A stretch of 40,230 bases of DNA, from sequence record DRR378314_2561, one strand, 5' to 3'. This document shows, piece by piece, positions 1-9,948 of the stretch. Numbering within the stretch: position 1 is the stretch's first letter; each line of letters opens with the position of its first letter. The notes under the pieces are model-generated. The model did not search any database. It saw nothing but the letters and a program-made list of their open reading frames with translations, and was not told the DNA's origin. The position numbers and the translations under genes are program-made.

Positions 1-395
1 ATATCAAATAATATCATTTGAAACCATACTAAATAGTGCCCCTTTCGGTGTCACCTGTAATCTTACCAAAAAGGGACACTCAATATCATTTAAAATATTA
101 TTAATCAATACATTACAGGGATTATTTTTTAATATTTTTTTACTAATTTCAAGGTAAATAATGTTAAAATAGGTGTCCCTTTTATGTTATCTCTCTTATT
201 CTACATCAAAAAGCACAAAACCGACAAAGTAGGTCGGGCATATTCATTGTGTCCTTTGTTTTAAAAAAATTGTTACACTATTGAGCAACCTCCATCCCTT
301 AAACTTTATTGTTTGTCGTAGATGATTGTGATCGCAAGCAATTAAAATGTGTGCACAAGTGTCCCCTTTTTGGGTATCCTGTTCATCCTCCCTTA

Positions 396-1250
396 TCAAT
401 TTCCACCAAAACCTGGAAGAACCAATAAAGGAACACTGGTTTGAGTCCCTACTTTTTTTACTATAGGTTCTCGGGTTAACCTCTCAAAAAAACCATGTGA
501 ATGTTTGGTCAGGACAACCAAATCCACTTTCAACCCTTCAATAAATTTCAAAATGGCATCCGCTACATTGGATGACATGGGAACATCGTGGGGCGTTACT
601 GGGAATTTCTTGAACCTTTCCATTAAAACTTCCTTATTGTTTTCTTGCTGTTTCGATAATTTGAATTCCTGCGCCACATAGAACATATGAATCTCCGATT
701 TCCATACTTCCATCAACTCTAGCAAAGAAAACAACATGTTTTTGGGTACAAAATGCATATAATCAGTAGGAAAGGCCAAGGATTTAAGCCTTTGGAAATT
801 AAAAGAACCAGGGACTAACAGCATTGTGCAATTGTCGATTCCGCGTATAACCTTCAGGGTGTTGCTTCCAAAAAGAAACTTATTTGATCCAGTGACTCCA
901 TGGGTCCCCATAACAATATTGTCTATATCCAGTTTTGGGATCAGCGTTTGGATGCTTTCCACCAATCCACCAGAAATGGACAATGTCTCAAAAACATGGT
1001 CTTTGTTCTTGTGGTTTTTCAGCAAATACTCTTTGATTTTATCTAGTTCACCTTTCGATTCAGCAGCCATTGAACCATAAATGTTTCCTGCCCTGGAAGT
1101 GCTCTTAAAGCCTGACACATTCTGTAATTTCGGTTCATAAGTGTGCAAAAGGTAAAATCTACATGCTAATGGCCCATACAGTTTGATGGCCGTAAAAATG
1201 GCATTCCATGCGTTTTGGGAGAAATCGGTGGGCAAAAGGATATTCTTCAT
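396..1250 (-). CDS. Universal stress protein (tandem USP domains)
   Basis: MKNILLPTDFS N-terminus, IVMGTHG..GSNT ATP-binding motif, C-terminal PLLVLP. Start moved from 1331 to ATG 1250, 7 nt after the stop of the upstream paralogue. Confidence 0.93.
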   Translation of the reverse strand: MKNILLPTDFSQNAWNAIFTAIKLYGPLACRFYLLHTYEPKLQNVSGFKSTSRAGNIYGSMAAESKGELDKIKEYLLKNHKNKDHVFETLSISGGLVESIQTLIPKLDIDNIVMGTHGVTGSNKFLFGSNTLKVIRGIDNCTMLLVPGSFNFQRLKSLAFPTDYMHFVPKNMLFSLLELMEVWKSEIHMFYVAQEFKLSKQQENNKEVLMERFKKFPVTPHDVPMSSNVADAILKFIEGLKVDLVVLTKHSHGFFERLTREPIVKKVGTQTSVPLLVLPGFGGN

Positions 1251-1257
1251 TCTGTTT

Positions 1258-2115
1258 TTATTTTGAAATCTCGGAAGTATCGGGCAGTACCAAAAAAGGT
1301 GTTTGGCAATGATATCCAACAGCATCCACATTCTGCTTCATCATAAGTCGTTCTAAAAAGGTGTGTTTTCTGTTCATCATCGCCACCAGTCCAATGTGGT
1401 TCCTTTCAATATAATCATGCACAATATTGGGCATATATTCATCCGTATTATCCGTAAAAACCACGTTCGGAATACCTTTAAGCATTTTTTTGAGATGTTC
1501 CTTGTTTTCAGATTGTGCCTTGTTAAGGTCATGGCCTTCCAAAGCATGTAGTACATGGAGGTCGACCCCAAATTTTTTGATCATATCCATGAGAGGTTTC
1601 AGCTCATTGGATTTATATTTTGACCAATAATCCGTAGGCAACAACACTTTTTTGATGTTCCTGAAACCGTAGCCGTTGGGAACCGCCAAAACGGGCACAG
1701 CTGCTTTTCTGATAACATGTACGGTATTGGAACCCAGAAAAAATTCCTTTGCACCGGTCGCACCTTGGGTTCCCATCACCACCATATCAATTTTTCTATC
1801 TTGGCAAACCTCATTGACCTCGTCGGGCAGTGTGTTGAAGGCTGACAGGATTTCCAAGGTATGCCTTGGATTGTGGTGATCGTTTTTAATCCGATCTAAT
1901 GTATTTTCCAATCCATTCAAGGAAATATCGACCCCAATGTCTGGAATGGCACTGGCCATGGGACCACCCACCATGTAATCAATTCTATAAAAAGCCGGTG
2001 TGTAAGCGTTCAATAGATAAAATGTACATTTCTCCTCCTTAAAAAGTTCCAGAGCGTAAAGGATTGCGTTCCATGCATTCTTGGAAAAATCGGTGGGCAG
2101 CAGTATTTTTTTCAT
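1258..2115 (-). CDS. Universal stress protein (tandem USP domains)
   Basis: MKKILLPTDFS, VVMGTQGATG..GSNT, PVLAVP, PFLVLP. Confidence 0.95.
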   Translation of the reverse strand: MKKILLPTDFSKNAWNAILYALELFKEEKCTFYLLNAYTPAFYRIDYMVGGPMASAIPDIGVDISLNGLENTLDRIKNDHHNPRHTLEILSAFNTLPDEVNEVCQDRKIDMVVMGTQGATGAKEFFLGSNTVHVIRKAAVPVLAVPNGYGFRNIKKVLLPTDYWSKYKSNELKPLMDMIKKFGVDLHVLHALEGHDLNKAQSENKEHLKKMLKGIPNVVFTDNTDEYMPNIVHDYIERNHIGLVAMMNRKHTFLERLMMKQNVDAVGYHCQTPFLVLPDTSEISK

Positions 2116-2173
2116 AATCTTTTACTTTTAAAGGAATTGGATGCTTCCTTTGCAAACAGTTCTTTGTTCCATT

Positions 2174-2217
2174 CAATATTAAGGTATGCCGGGCTTTTTT
2201 ACCATGACCTGAATCAT
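2174..2217 (-). promoter_or_regulatory. Regulon box + -7 element for usp-usp
   Basis: ATGACCTGAATCAT 2204-2217; 22-nt spacer; TAATATTG on minus strand 2174-2181. Confidence 0.75.
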
Positions 2218-2257
2218 TTCACAAAGTTCCCCTGATAACCTGATTACGGAACTTTTG

Positions 2258-2301
2258 CTGATCTTGCTCATATTCCAGATCGGTATTTTGTTTGTAATTT
2301 G
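2258..2301 (+). promoter_or_regulatory. Regulon box + -7 element for ABC exporter operon
   Basis: CTGATCTTGCTCAT 2258-2271 (weakest box); 22 nt; GTAATTTG 2294-2301. Confidence 0.6.
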
Positions 2302-2324
2302 AACATTATCCCATGCCAAGTACC

Positions 2325-3410
2325 ATGAAATACTTTTTGCTGTTTTCTATCTTGTCGTCCCTCCTATTCGCATGCACCGATCCCAAGGAAAAAATATATC
2401 CGGAGAAACTGCCGATGACCGAATCCGTATATGCTTCCGCCACGGTTCAACCCGATAGCCTTTATCAAGTTTACTCGGTGGCCATGGGCATTTTGGACAA
2501 GATTTGGGTGGAAGAAGGCGATAAGGTGGCCAAGGGCGATCGTATTCTACAGATTATTAACACCTCACCTGAGCTAAACAAAGAAAATGCTAAACTGGCA
2601 TTGCAACTGGCCCAAGAGAACTATTCTGGTACTTCGGGAATTCTGAACAGCATAGCGGACGAAATCCAAGCTGCCAAGCTCCAACAGAAAAATGATTCCA
2701 TCAATTATTTCCGTCAAAAAAAACTCTGGGACCAAAACATTGGTTCAAAATTGGAATACGACAACAAAGAATTGGCCTATGAACTTTCCCAAAATCATCT
2801 GGGATTGCTCAAAAAGAAATATGAACAGACAGAAAATGAGCTCGAAACCCATCTGAGGCAAGCTGAAAACAATTATAAAACCTCGCTCACAACGTCGAAT
2901 GATTTCACCATAACCAGTAAAATAGACGGCAAGGTATATGCCCTATACAAAAATCCCGGCGAAATTGTGAATACATTGGAACCTGTGGCGGTAGTGGGAA
3001 GAAGCGATAAATTTGTTGTGGAGTTATTGGTAGATGAGGTGGACATTGTTAAACTCAGCATTGGGCAAAAAGTGTTCATTACACTTGATTCCTACGGTCC
3101 CAAAGTTTTTGAAGGGACCTTGGACAAAATCTATCCCAGAAAAGATGAGCGTTCCCAAACGTTCAAAGTAGAAGCCTTGTTCAATAAGCCTCCAAAAACC
3201 TTGTATCCCGGCCTATCAGGAGAAGGCAATATCATCATTGCCGAAAAAAAGGAAACCCTGACCATCCCCAAGACATATCTGGTCGATGAATCAACAGTAA
3301 TCACGGACGAGGGAGAAACTAAGGTTACCACTGGCCTGCAGAACATGGTATTGGTAGAGATTTTGGACGGCATCAACGAAAACACGGCAATATACAAACC
3401 AGAACCATGA
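2325..3410 (+). CDS. Periplasmic adaptor (HlyD/MacA-type membrane fusion lipoprotein)
   Basis: Lipobox LLFAC, lipoyl-like VEEGDKVAKGD, coiled-coil hairpin, IxSKIDGKV. Start 2325 or 2313. Confidence 0.88.
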   Translation: MKYFLLFSILSSLLFACTDPKEKIYPEKLPMTESVYASATVQPDSLYQVYSVAMGILDKIWVEEGDKVAKGDRILQIINTSPELNKENAKLALQLAQENYSGTSGILNSIADEIQAAKLQQKNDSINYFRQKKLWDQNIGSKLEYDNKELAYELSQNHLGLLKKKYEQTENELETHLRQAENNYKTSLTTSNDFTITSKIDGKVYALYKNPGEIVNTLEPVAVVGRSDKFVVELLVDEVDIVKLSIGQKVFITLDSYGPKVFEGTLDKIYPRKDERSQTFKVEALFNKPPKTLYPGLSGEGNIIIAEKKETLTIPKTYLVDESTVITDEGETKVTTGLQNMVLVEILDGINENTAIYKPEP

Positions 3411-4669
3411 TCAATTGGAATGTAATATTGGACATTGCCAAGACCCATCTTCTCACCAAGATGAAATCCACCGTTACTGCTACGCTAGGGGTTACTTTTG
3501 GGATTGGGGCCTATATTACACTGGTCAGTTTCATGACAGGGCTAAACACCATGCTGGATGATCTGGTGTTGAACCAAACTCCCCACATCCACATCTATAA
3601 TGAGATCCGTCCCTCTCCTGAACAACCCATTGCCCTTTATGATGATTTCAAGAACGCATTCAACGTGGTGCACTCCATAAAACCAAAACAAAGCCAGAAA
3701 AAGATACACAATGCGCTCCCCATTCTAAATTATCTGAAAAAACAGCCAAACGTGGATGGAGCCACACCGCAACTCAGGGCACAGATCTTTTATCTATCAG
3801 GTTCCATGGAGCTGGGCGGTAATCTGATTGGGGTGGATATCATGGAGGAAGTCCGTTTGTCCAACCTACGGGACAATATTGTGCAAGGTTCCCCTGAAAC
3901 CTTGAAGAACAATGATAATGGCATTCTCTTGGGGGCAGGATTGGCCGATAAAATGTCCTTGTCCGTTGGAGACAGGGTACAGATAAGTACGGTATCCGGT
4001 AGTATTTTTCCTTTGAAGATAGTGGGCATCTATCAAAGTGGCATTGCAGAAATTGACAATGTACAAAGCTTTGTCAATCTCAAGACCGTCCAGCGCATTT
4101 TAGGGGAAGCAGAGAATTATGTCACGGATATCAATATCAAATTGTTGGACATAACCGAGGCACAATCGATGGCAGAACAATTGGAAAAACAGTTCAATGT
4201 CAAGGCTATGGGAATCAACGAGGCCAATGCTCAGTTTGAAACGGGATCGAACATCAGGAACCTTATTACCTATGCAGTTTCCATTACGCTGCTTATTGTT
4301 GCCGGCTTTGGCATTTATAACATATTGAACATGCTGATCTATGAAAAAATGAAAGACATTGCCATACTCAAAGCAACTGGTTTTTCAGGAACGGATGTAC
4401 AGCTCATCTTTATGAGTCAGGCCATAATCATAGGATTGGTCGGTGGTTTTTTGGGGCTAATGGTCGGATTTGTACTTTCAAAAATAATTGACCAGACTCC
4501 TTTTGAAACTGAGGCGTTGCCCACCATCACCACGTACCCTGTAAACTATGACCCGACCTATTATATCATTGGGATCACTTTTGCCCTTTTATCAACCTTT
4601 GTTGCAGGCTATTTGCCTTCCAATAGGGCCAAAAATATCGATCCTGTAAAAATCATCAGAGGAACTTAA
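3407..4669 (+). CDS. ABC transporter permease (MacB/LolE/FtsX family)
   Basis: N-terminal TM, large periplasmic domain, EKMKDIAILKATG motif, three C-terminal TMs, RAKNIDPV; ATGA overlap with upstream gene. Confidence 0.9.
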   Translation: MINWNVILDIAKTHLLTKMKSTVTATLGVTFGIGAYITLVSFMTGLNTMLDDLVLNQTPHIHIYNEIRPSPEQPIALYDDFKNAFNVVHSIKPKQSQKKIHNALPILNYLKKQPNVDGATPQLRAQIFYLSGSMELGGNLIGVDIMEEVRLSNLRDNIVQGSPETLKNNDNGILLGAGLADKMSLSVGDRVQISTVSGSIFPLKIVGIYQSGIAEIDNVQSFVNLKTVQRILGEAENYVTDINIKLLDITEAQSMAEQLEKQFNVKAMGINEANAQFETGSNIRNLITYAVSITLLIVAGFGIYNILNMLIYEKMKDIAILKATGFSGTDVQLIFMSQAIIIGLVGGFLGLMVGFVLSKIIDQTPFETEALPTITTYPVNYDPTYYIIGITFALLSTFVAGYLPSNRAKNIDPVKIIRGT

Positions 4670-4677
4670 TCTAGCCT

Positions 4678-5355
4678 ATGAACCTTGTCCTTGAAACCAA
4701 AAATATCAACAAGCACTTCCATAAACCCAAGGATTTTCATGTTCTGAAAGATGTTTCCTTTAGGGTCAAAAAAGGGGAGTTTGTTTCCATTATGGGCAAA
4801 TCTGGATCTGGAAAATCCACTTTGTTGTATGTTCTTTCCACTATGGATACCGATTATAGCGGGGAATTGTATTTGGGCAAAGAATTGATTACTGGGAAAA
4901 CCCAACGTGAACTCTCCCGAATCCGTAATAAAAATATCGGTTTTGTGTTCCAATTCCACTATTTATTGTCCGAATTCAGTGTTCTGGAAAATGTGATGTT
5001 ACCCGCAAAAAAACTTGGCGAAAAATCCCCCGCCGAGATTGAACGCGATGCCCTGCATAAACTTGAAATGCTCCATATAGGTCATTTGGCCCACCAGCGG
5101 GCCTCTCGGATTTCTGGAGGGGAAAAGCAGCGCGTGGCCATTGCCCGAGCGTTGATCAACAACCCTACGATCTTGATGGGCGATGAACCCACTGGAAACT
5201 TGGACAGCCAAAACTCTGAAAACGTATTCAATATCTTCAAAAAACTCAAGGAGGAACAAGGACTTTCGCTCTTGGTGGTAACCCATGATGAGGATTTTGC
5301 CAAAAGAACCGATCGCATTATTCAATTGGAAGACGGAAGAATTGTGGCTCAATAA
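4678..5355 (+). CDS. ABC transporter ATP-binding protein (LolD/MacB-like)
   Basis: GKSGSGKST, IGFVFQFHYLL, ISGGEKQRVAIARAL, GDEPTGNLD, VVTHD. Confidence 0.95.
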   Translation: MNLVLETKNINKHFHKPKDFHVLKDVSFRVKKGEFVSIMGKSGSGKSTLLYVLSTMDTDYSGELYLGKELITGKTQRELSRIRNKNIGFVFQFHYLLSEFSVLENVMLPAKKLGEKSPAEIERDALHKLEMLHIGHLAHQRASRISGGEKQRVAIARALINNPTILMGDEPTGNLDSQNSENVFNIFKKLKEEQGLSLLVVTHDEDFAKRTDRIIQLEDGRIVAQ

Positions 5356-6200
5356 AATATGGACTTGTTTAAACTGAGCAAGGGAAGTTGGGTCTTGGAC
5401 ATCATCTGCTTTACAAAATCCTTGTGGACAAAGGAGGACGCAGTACTTTTTCTGTTCCGCTCCAACATGACCAATACATCCATTTCCCCACGTTCGGCAT
5501 ACTGCGTCAGGGCATCAGAAACATTGTCGGAATGAATCAGTTCAAACCCCAATTTTTCATACTTGACCTTTTGGAGCAGTATTTTTTGGAACCACTGCAT
5601 CTGTTCCTCACCTTTTTCCCAATCCAAGGTGTTTACATGAACTATTTTAACAAAAGCTTGATATGGACGTGCCATGCTTTTAACGAGCCAATCAATGGCA
5701 TGTATATCCGTTTCTTCAAAATCGGAAGCATAAGTTATACGCGCTATTGAAAATTTATCCGCAGTTGGTGGCACCATCAAGAAAGGACAGGGACTTTTTT
5801 TAATCATTCCCATGGTGTTGCTGCCTATTATCATATCCTTGAGTGCACTTCTGCCTTTTGTGCCCATAATGATCATTGAAGCGTCAAACTCGGTAACAGC
5901 GTCAATGATGGCATCGTTTATTATGGCATTTTCCTTTACTATTAACCGGAGCTTTGTGCTGTTTTTAAGTTGTCCCAGACGCTCTTTATAGAAATCGACC
6001 AATTTTTTGCGATTTTCTTCGAATGCTTCTTTTTCCATCTTGGCGTATGTTATGCTCAAAGGGGTCAGCAGCGCCACATTCAGATCAAACACATGGAGCA
6101 CCAACAACCTTGATTCGAGTTTTTTGCTCAGGGCATTGGCCATTTTTAGGGCCGCTTCGGAATTTTTGGAGCAATCTGTGGCGCAGAGTATGGTTCTCAT
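5349..6200 (-). CDS. Universal stress protein (tandem USP domains)
   Basis: MRTILCATDCS, IIMGTKGRS..IGSNT, CPFLMVP. Confidence 0.92.
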   Translation of the reverse strand: MRTILCATDCSKNSEAALKMANALSKKLESRLLVLHVFDLNVALLTPLSITYAKMEKEAFEENRKKLVDFYKERLGQLKNSTKLRLIVKENAIINDAIIDAVTEFDASMIIMGTKGRSALKDMIIGSNTMGMIKKSPCPFLMVPPTADKFSIARITYASDFEETDIHAIDWLVKSMARPYQAFVKIVHVNTLDWEKGEEQMQWFQKILLQKVKYEKLGFELIHSDNVSDALTQYAERGEMDVLVMLERNRKSTASSFVHKDFVKQMMSKTQLPLLSLNKSIFY

Positions 6201-6211
6201 CGTTTTTTATG

Positions 6212-6255
6212 TGAAACTATTGGTTTTTGATAGATGTGGGAATGATTTTGGTCAG
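6212..6255 (-). promoter_or_regulatory. Regulon box + -7 element for usp3
   Basis: ATGATTTTGGTCAG 6242-6255; 22 nt; TAGTTTCA on minus strand 6212-6219. Confidence 0.72.
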
Positions 6256-6331
6256 CTATGTCCAGTTGAGTATCCTAGTTTCTGTAAATCAAAAACATGG
6301 GTTCTCTATTAACCCTTTAAACGAGTCTTGG

Positions 6332-6375
6332 ATGATCCACATCATTTCACTTCGAGGGTATTGTTTTTAATTTAG
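6332..6375 (+). promoter_or_regulatory. Regulon box + -7 element for hsp20
   Basis: ATGATCCACATCAT 6332-6345; 22 nt; TAATTTAG 6368-6375. Confidence 0.82.
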
Positions 6376-6425
6376 TTCCACTTAGTTGTAAAATGATTTT
6401 ATTTAACCTAAAAAACAATTGCGTT

Positions 6426-6890
6426 ATGTCATTAGTAAAATTTAGAAACAGACCTTTTGGGAACCTCATCGGTTCCGATTTTTTCGATTTTGACGATTTT
6501 TTTGAAGATCGTGTATGGGACACCAATCTGTTGAAGGACAGTTTTTGGAACGGAAAAACCACGATTCCGGCCATGAACATCAAAGAAACCGATGATGACT
6601 ATGAAATTGAGTTAGCCGCACCGGGCTTTAACAAGAAAGATTTTAAAATCACCATTGAAAATGGATGTTTGAACATTTCTGCTGAAAAATCGACCTCAGA
6701 GGAAGAGAAAAAGGCGAATTACACCCGAAGGGAGTTCAGCCACAATTCCTTTGAACGTTCCCTTCAATTGCCAGACTTCATCAAAGATGATAACGTCAAC
6801 GCAAAATACAATGATGGTATACTGCGGTTTAAACTGGTAAAAAAAGAAGAGGCCAAAAAAAAGAAACCCAAGGTGATCCAAGTCTCATGA
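6426..6890 (+). CDS. Hsp20/alpha-crystallin small heat shock protein
   Basis: PAMNIKETDDDYEIELAAPG, RREFSHNSFERS, AKYNDGIL. Start at MSLVKF (6426) preferred over 6393. Confidence 0.95.
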   Translation: MSLVKFRNRPFGNLIGSDFFDFDDFFEDRVWDTNLLKDSFWNGKTTIPAMNIKETDDDYEIELAAPGFNKKDFKITIENGCLNISAEKSTSEEEKKANYTRREFSHNSFERSLQLPDFIKDDNVNAKYNDGILRFKLVKKEEAKKKKPKVIQVS

Positions 6891-6908
6891 ATTGAACTTT
6901 TAGCCCAG

Positions 6909-6964
6909 TCCCCATTACAGTTTCCGCAATCTTTTTCATGGAATTCCTGTGATGGGGATTTTTT
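6909..6964 (+). terminator. Probable intrinsic terminator/attenuator after hsp20
   Basis: TCCCCATTACAG (6909-6920) pairs with CTGTGATGGGGA (6947-6958), followed by T6; large loop. Confidence 0.55.
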
Positions 6965-7009
6965 GTTCCTTTTTTACCAAAAAACACATAAACTTACCTT
7001 ACAAATACC

Positions 7010-9661
7010 ATGAGCTACAATGCCTTTGCCTTTCCATGGGAACAAGTGGTCAAAGACCTAAATAGCAATGTTGCAAAAGGATTAGGTTTCCATGAAGTAA
7101 AAATTCGTCTGGCCCATTATGGCGAAAATTATCTCCCCGCCCATGCAAGGAAAGGAAAATTGGCCATCCTCAAAGATCAATTTGCCAATCCTATTTTTTA
7201 CATTCTTTCCATAGCGGCTGTTCTGAGTTTTGTATTTAGTGAGTGGTTAGAGGCCATTACAGTCTGTATTGTCATCCTAATTACCATACTTATTGGATTT
7301 TTCATGGAACTCAGTGCGGTACGATCCCTGGAATTGCTCCGGGATATTGGACAAATGGAATGTCGTGTGATAAGATCTGGTAAGACTGTAAAAGTACCGG
7401 TCACACAGCTTGTTCCTGGAGATATTCTTACGTTTGGAATCGGGGATGTCATTGCCGCCGATGCTCGCTTGATAAGCACAGAAAACCTTGAGATGAAAGA
7501 AGCGATTCTCACAGGAGAGAGTACTCCTGTAGCAAAGGATTCCAAGACTTTAGGGCAAAACATCCCCATAACAGACCAAAAAAATATAGTCTTCAAAGGC
7601 ACATCGGTGAACAGAGGGTCGGGAAAGGCCATAGTTGTTGCCATTGGATCGGGCACAGTTTTAGGAGAAATACAGTTGCTTGGGGAGTCGGCCGAAGAAA
7701 CAGGCCACCCGTTGGATAAGAAATTGAACCAGCTCAGCAAACGTTTGGTTTGGGTCACGCTTGCCTTTGTCTTCCCGATAACCCTATTCGGGATTCTCAG
7801 GGGCCAGGATTTACTGATCATGTTGGAAACAGGAATCGCACTTGCCGTAGCCACCATTCCTGAAGGTCTTCCTGTTGTGGTCACCATTGCTTTGGCCAGA
7901 GGAATGCTAAAATTGTCCAAAAAGCAAGTGGTCATCAAAAAAATGGAAGCTGTGGAGACCCTTGGTTCAATTACCATGGTCGCTACAGATAAAACAGGGA
8001 CATTGACCGAAGATAATATGACGGTGCATACCGTTGGACTTGACTGTGGAACATTCCAGAAATTAGATCAAGGAAACGGCCAATCAATCAAAGTCCCAAC
8101 AAACAAGAGAGCATTGGAGCAGCTTGTGCGGACCAGTGTACTTTGCAACGATATAATCTTGGGTACCGATCAATCGTATTACGATTCCATTGATTTGGGA
8201 TTGCTTCGATTTGTTGAAAAGCTTGATAAAGATCCGCAGAAAATAAGAGAAGAGTTTCCAGAGGTTTATAAGTTACCTTTTGATGAGGAAATGAAGCTTA
8301 TGGCAACTGTTAACAAAACCGGTTCTTCATCTTACTCCGTTTATGTCAAGGGAGCCTTTGAGAGCATAGCTCCACTGTGCACAAAGAAATTGGACAATGG
8401 AAACATTGTCCAATTAGACAACATCCACGAATGGGAGGAATCAGTGGAACAAATGTCCTCCCAAGGACTTCGAACCATAGCCATGGCATATAAGGAAGTA
8501 GAAGGGGCAAATTTTAAAAAAGCAGAGTTACTCAACGACCTTGTTCTAATAGGAATTGTAGGTTTTATAGACCCGGCGAGGGAGGACGTGAAAGCAATCA
8601 TGGACATCTACAATAAAGCAGGAGTCAAAGTGGTCATGATGACCGGGGACCATCCCAAAACAGCGCAGAAAATTGCAGAAGATATTGGGTTATTGACCAA
8701 GGCAGAAGGAGAAAGTGCGCTGATGGAAGGAAAGGAACTGGACATTGTTAACATAAAAACAGACGAATCCAAAAAACGTTTGTTAAGCACTAAAGTGTTC
8801 GCCAGAGTCACGCCCAAACAGAAATTGGACCTCATTACATTTTTTCAAAAACAAAACCATGTCGTTGGAATGTTCGGGGACGGAATCAACGATGTACCAG
8901 CACTTATCAAATCAGACATTGGTATAGCCATGGGCAGAAGAGGTACTGAGGCGGCAAGGGAGGCCGCGGATATAATCCTAAAAGATGACCGTTTCGGAGC
9001 TGTGGAACTGGCCATCAGACAAGGTAGAGTAATCTATGAGCACATCAGACAATTTTTGGTTTATCTTTTGTCGTGTAATCTAGGGGAAATCATTATTGTG
9101 GGGGTGGCAGCCCTTTTAAACCTTCCTTCCCCTTTGTTGCCCTTACAGATTCTATTTCTGAATCTGGTAACCGATATTTTTCCCGCTCTTGCCCTAGGTT
9201 TCGGAAAAGGGGTACACGATGCAATGGACAGGCCGCCAAGAAAGTCCGGAGAACCCATTATGACACCTTTGCTTTGGAAATCGACATTTCTTTATGGCAT
9301 TTCCATAACCTGTGCCGTATTGGGCATAACACTTTATGCCAATTATCATTTACTCCTCAACCCGCAACAAATCAATAATTTGGCGTTCTACACACTCATT
9401 ATCGCACAGTTGCTCAATGTCTTCAATATGCCCAATAGACAGGTCTCGTTTCTTTTCAATGAAGTTACCAAGAATCCATGGGTATGGGGTGCCATTGTTC
9501 TGAGCCTTACCATTACGGCACTTGCTTATGTGATTCCATCCACATCCCAAGCACTTTCCTTGGTCTCATTAAATTGGGAACAACTCCAATTGTCCGTACT
9601 ATTTGGATTTGGTTCATTGGCGCTGTCCCAGATATTTAAAAAAATAGGCTTCGTGCAGTGA
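7010..9661 (+). CDS. Cation-transporting P-type ATPase, type IIA-like (CtpF-like)
   Basis: LTGES, IPEGL, DKTGTLT phosphorylation site, MMTGD, VFARVTP, GDGIND, QILFLNLVTD. Confidence 0.95.
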   Translation: MSYNAFAFPWEQVVKDLNSNVAKGLGFHEVKIRLAHYGENYLPAHARKGKLAILKDQFANPIFYILSIAAVLSFVFSEWLEAITVCIVILITILIGFFMELSAVRSLELLRDIGQMECRVIRSGKTVKVPVTQLVPGDILTFGIGDVIAADARLISTENLEMKEAILTGESTPVAKDSKTLGQNIPITDQKNIVFKGTSVNRGSGKAIVVAIGSGTVLGEIQLLGESAEETGHPLDKKLNQLSKRLVWVTLAFVFPITLFGILRGQDLLIMLETGIALAVATIPEGLPVVVTIALARGMLKLSKKQVVIKKMEAVETLGSITMVATDKTGTLTEDNMTVHTVGLDCGTFQKLDQGNGQSIKVPTNKRALEQLVRTSVLCNDIILGTDQSYYDSIDLGLLRFVEKLDKDPQKIREEFPEVYKLPFDEEMKLMATVNKTGSSSYSVYVKGAFESIAPLCTKKLDNGNIVQLDNIHEWEESVEQMSSQGLRTIAMAYKEVEGANFKKAELLNDLVLIGIVGFIDPAREDVKAIMDIYNKAGVKVVMMTGDHPKTAQKIAEDIGLLTKAEGESALMEGKELDIVNIKTDESKKRLLSTKVFARVTPKQKLDLITFFQKQNHVVGMFGDGINDVPALIKSDIGIAMGRRGTEAAREAADIILKDDRFGAVELAIRQGRVIYEHIRQFLVYLLSCNLGEIIIVGVAALLNLPSPLLPLQILFLNLVTDIFPALALGFGKGVHDAMDRPPRKSGEPIMTPLLWKSTFLYGISITCAVLGITLYANYHLLLNPQQINNLAFYTLIIAQLLNVFNMPNRQVSFLFNEVTKNPWVWGAIVLSLTITALAYVIPSTSQALSLVSLNWEQLQLSVLFGFGSLALSQIFKKIGFVQ

Positions 9662-9759
9662 ATCATATCATCAAACAGATATCATATAACTCCCTTTAAA
9701 ACATATTGATTGTCAAATATTTAAATTCATTTTATTTCGTTTTGAGGGAGCTTTAGAAA

Positions 9760-9803
9760 ATGATTTATGTCATGTCAAGGTAAAAAGTCATATATTATAT
9801 TTG
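9760..9803 (+). promoter_or_regulatory. Regulon box + -7 element for the kinase-regulator operon (autoregulation)
   Basis: ATGATTTATGTCAT 9760-9773; 22 nt; perfect TATATTTG 9796-9803. Confidence 0.85.
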
Positions 9804-9948
9804 GTTGTGTTCTTTTTATTGCTCCTTGAAATTTTTAAACGGAAAACCCTCGGTCCATAAAGATGATACTGATTCCAAAAAGAACCAAAGAAAAATCAAG
9901 GAATCCACTTGCTATATTTCACTGTTATGATTTAAAACATCTGTTTAA

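Noticed and set aside
6961-7009. Separate box promoter for the P-type ATPase
   Set aside because: TACCTTAC at 6995 is -7-like but has no box 22 nt upstream; read-through from hsp20 or an independent promoter is more likely
7198-7977. Long antisense ORFs (e.g. 7198-7977, 32956-33570, 37488-38015)
   Set aside because: Shadows of well-supported genes on the opposite strand
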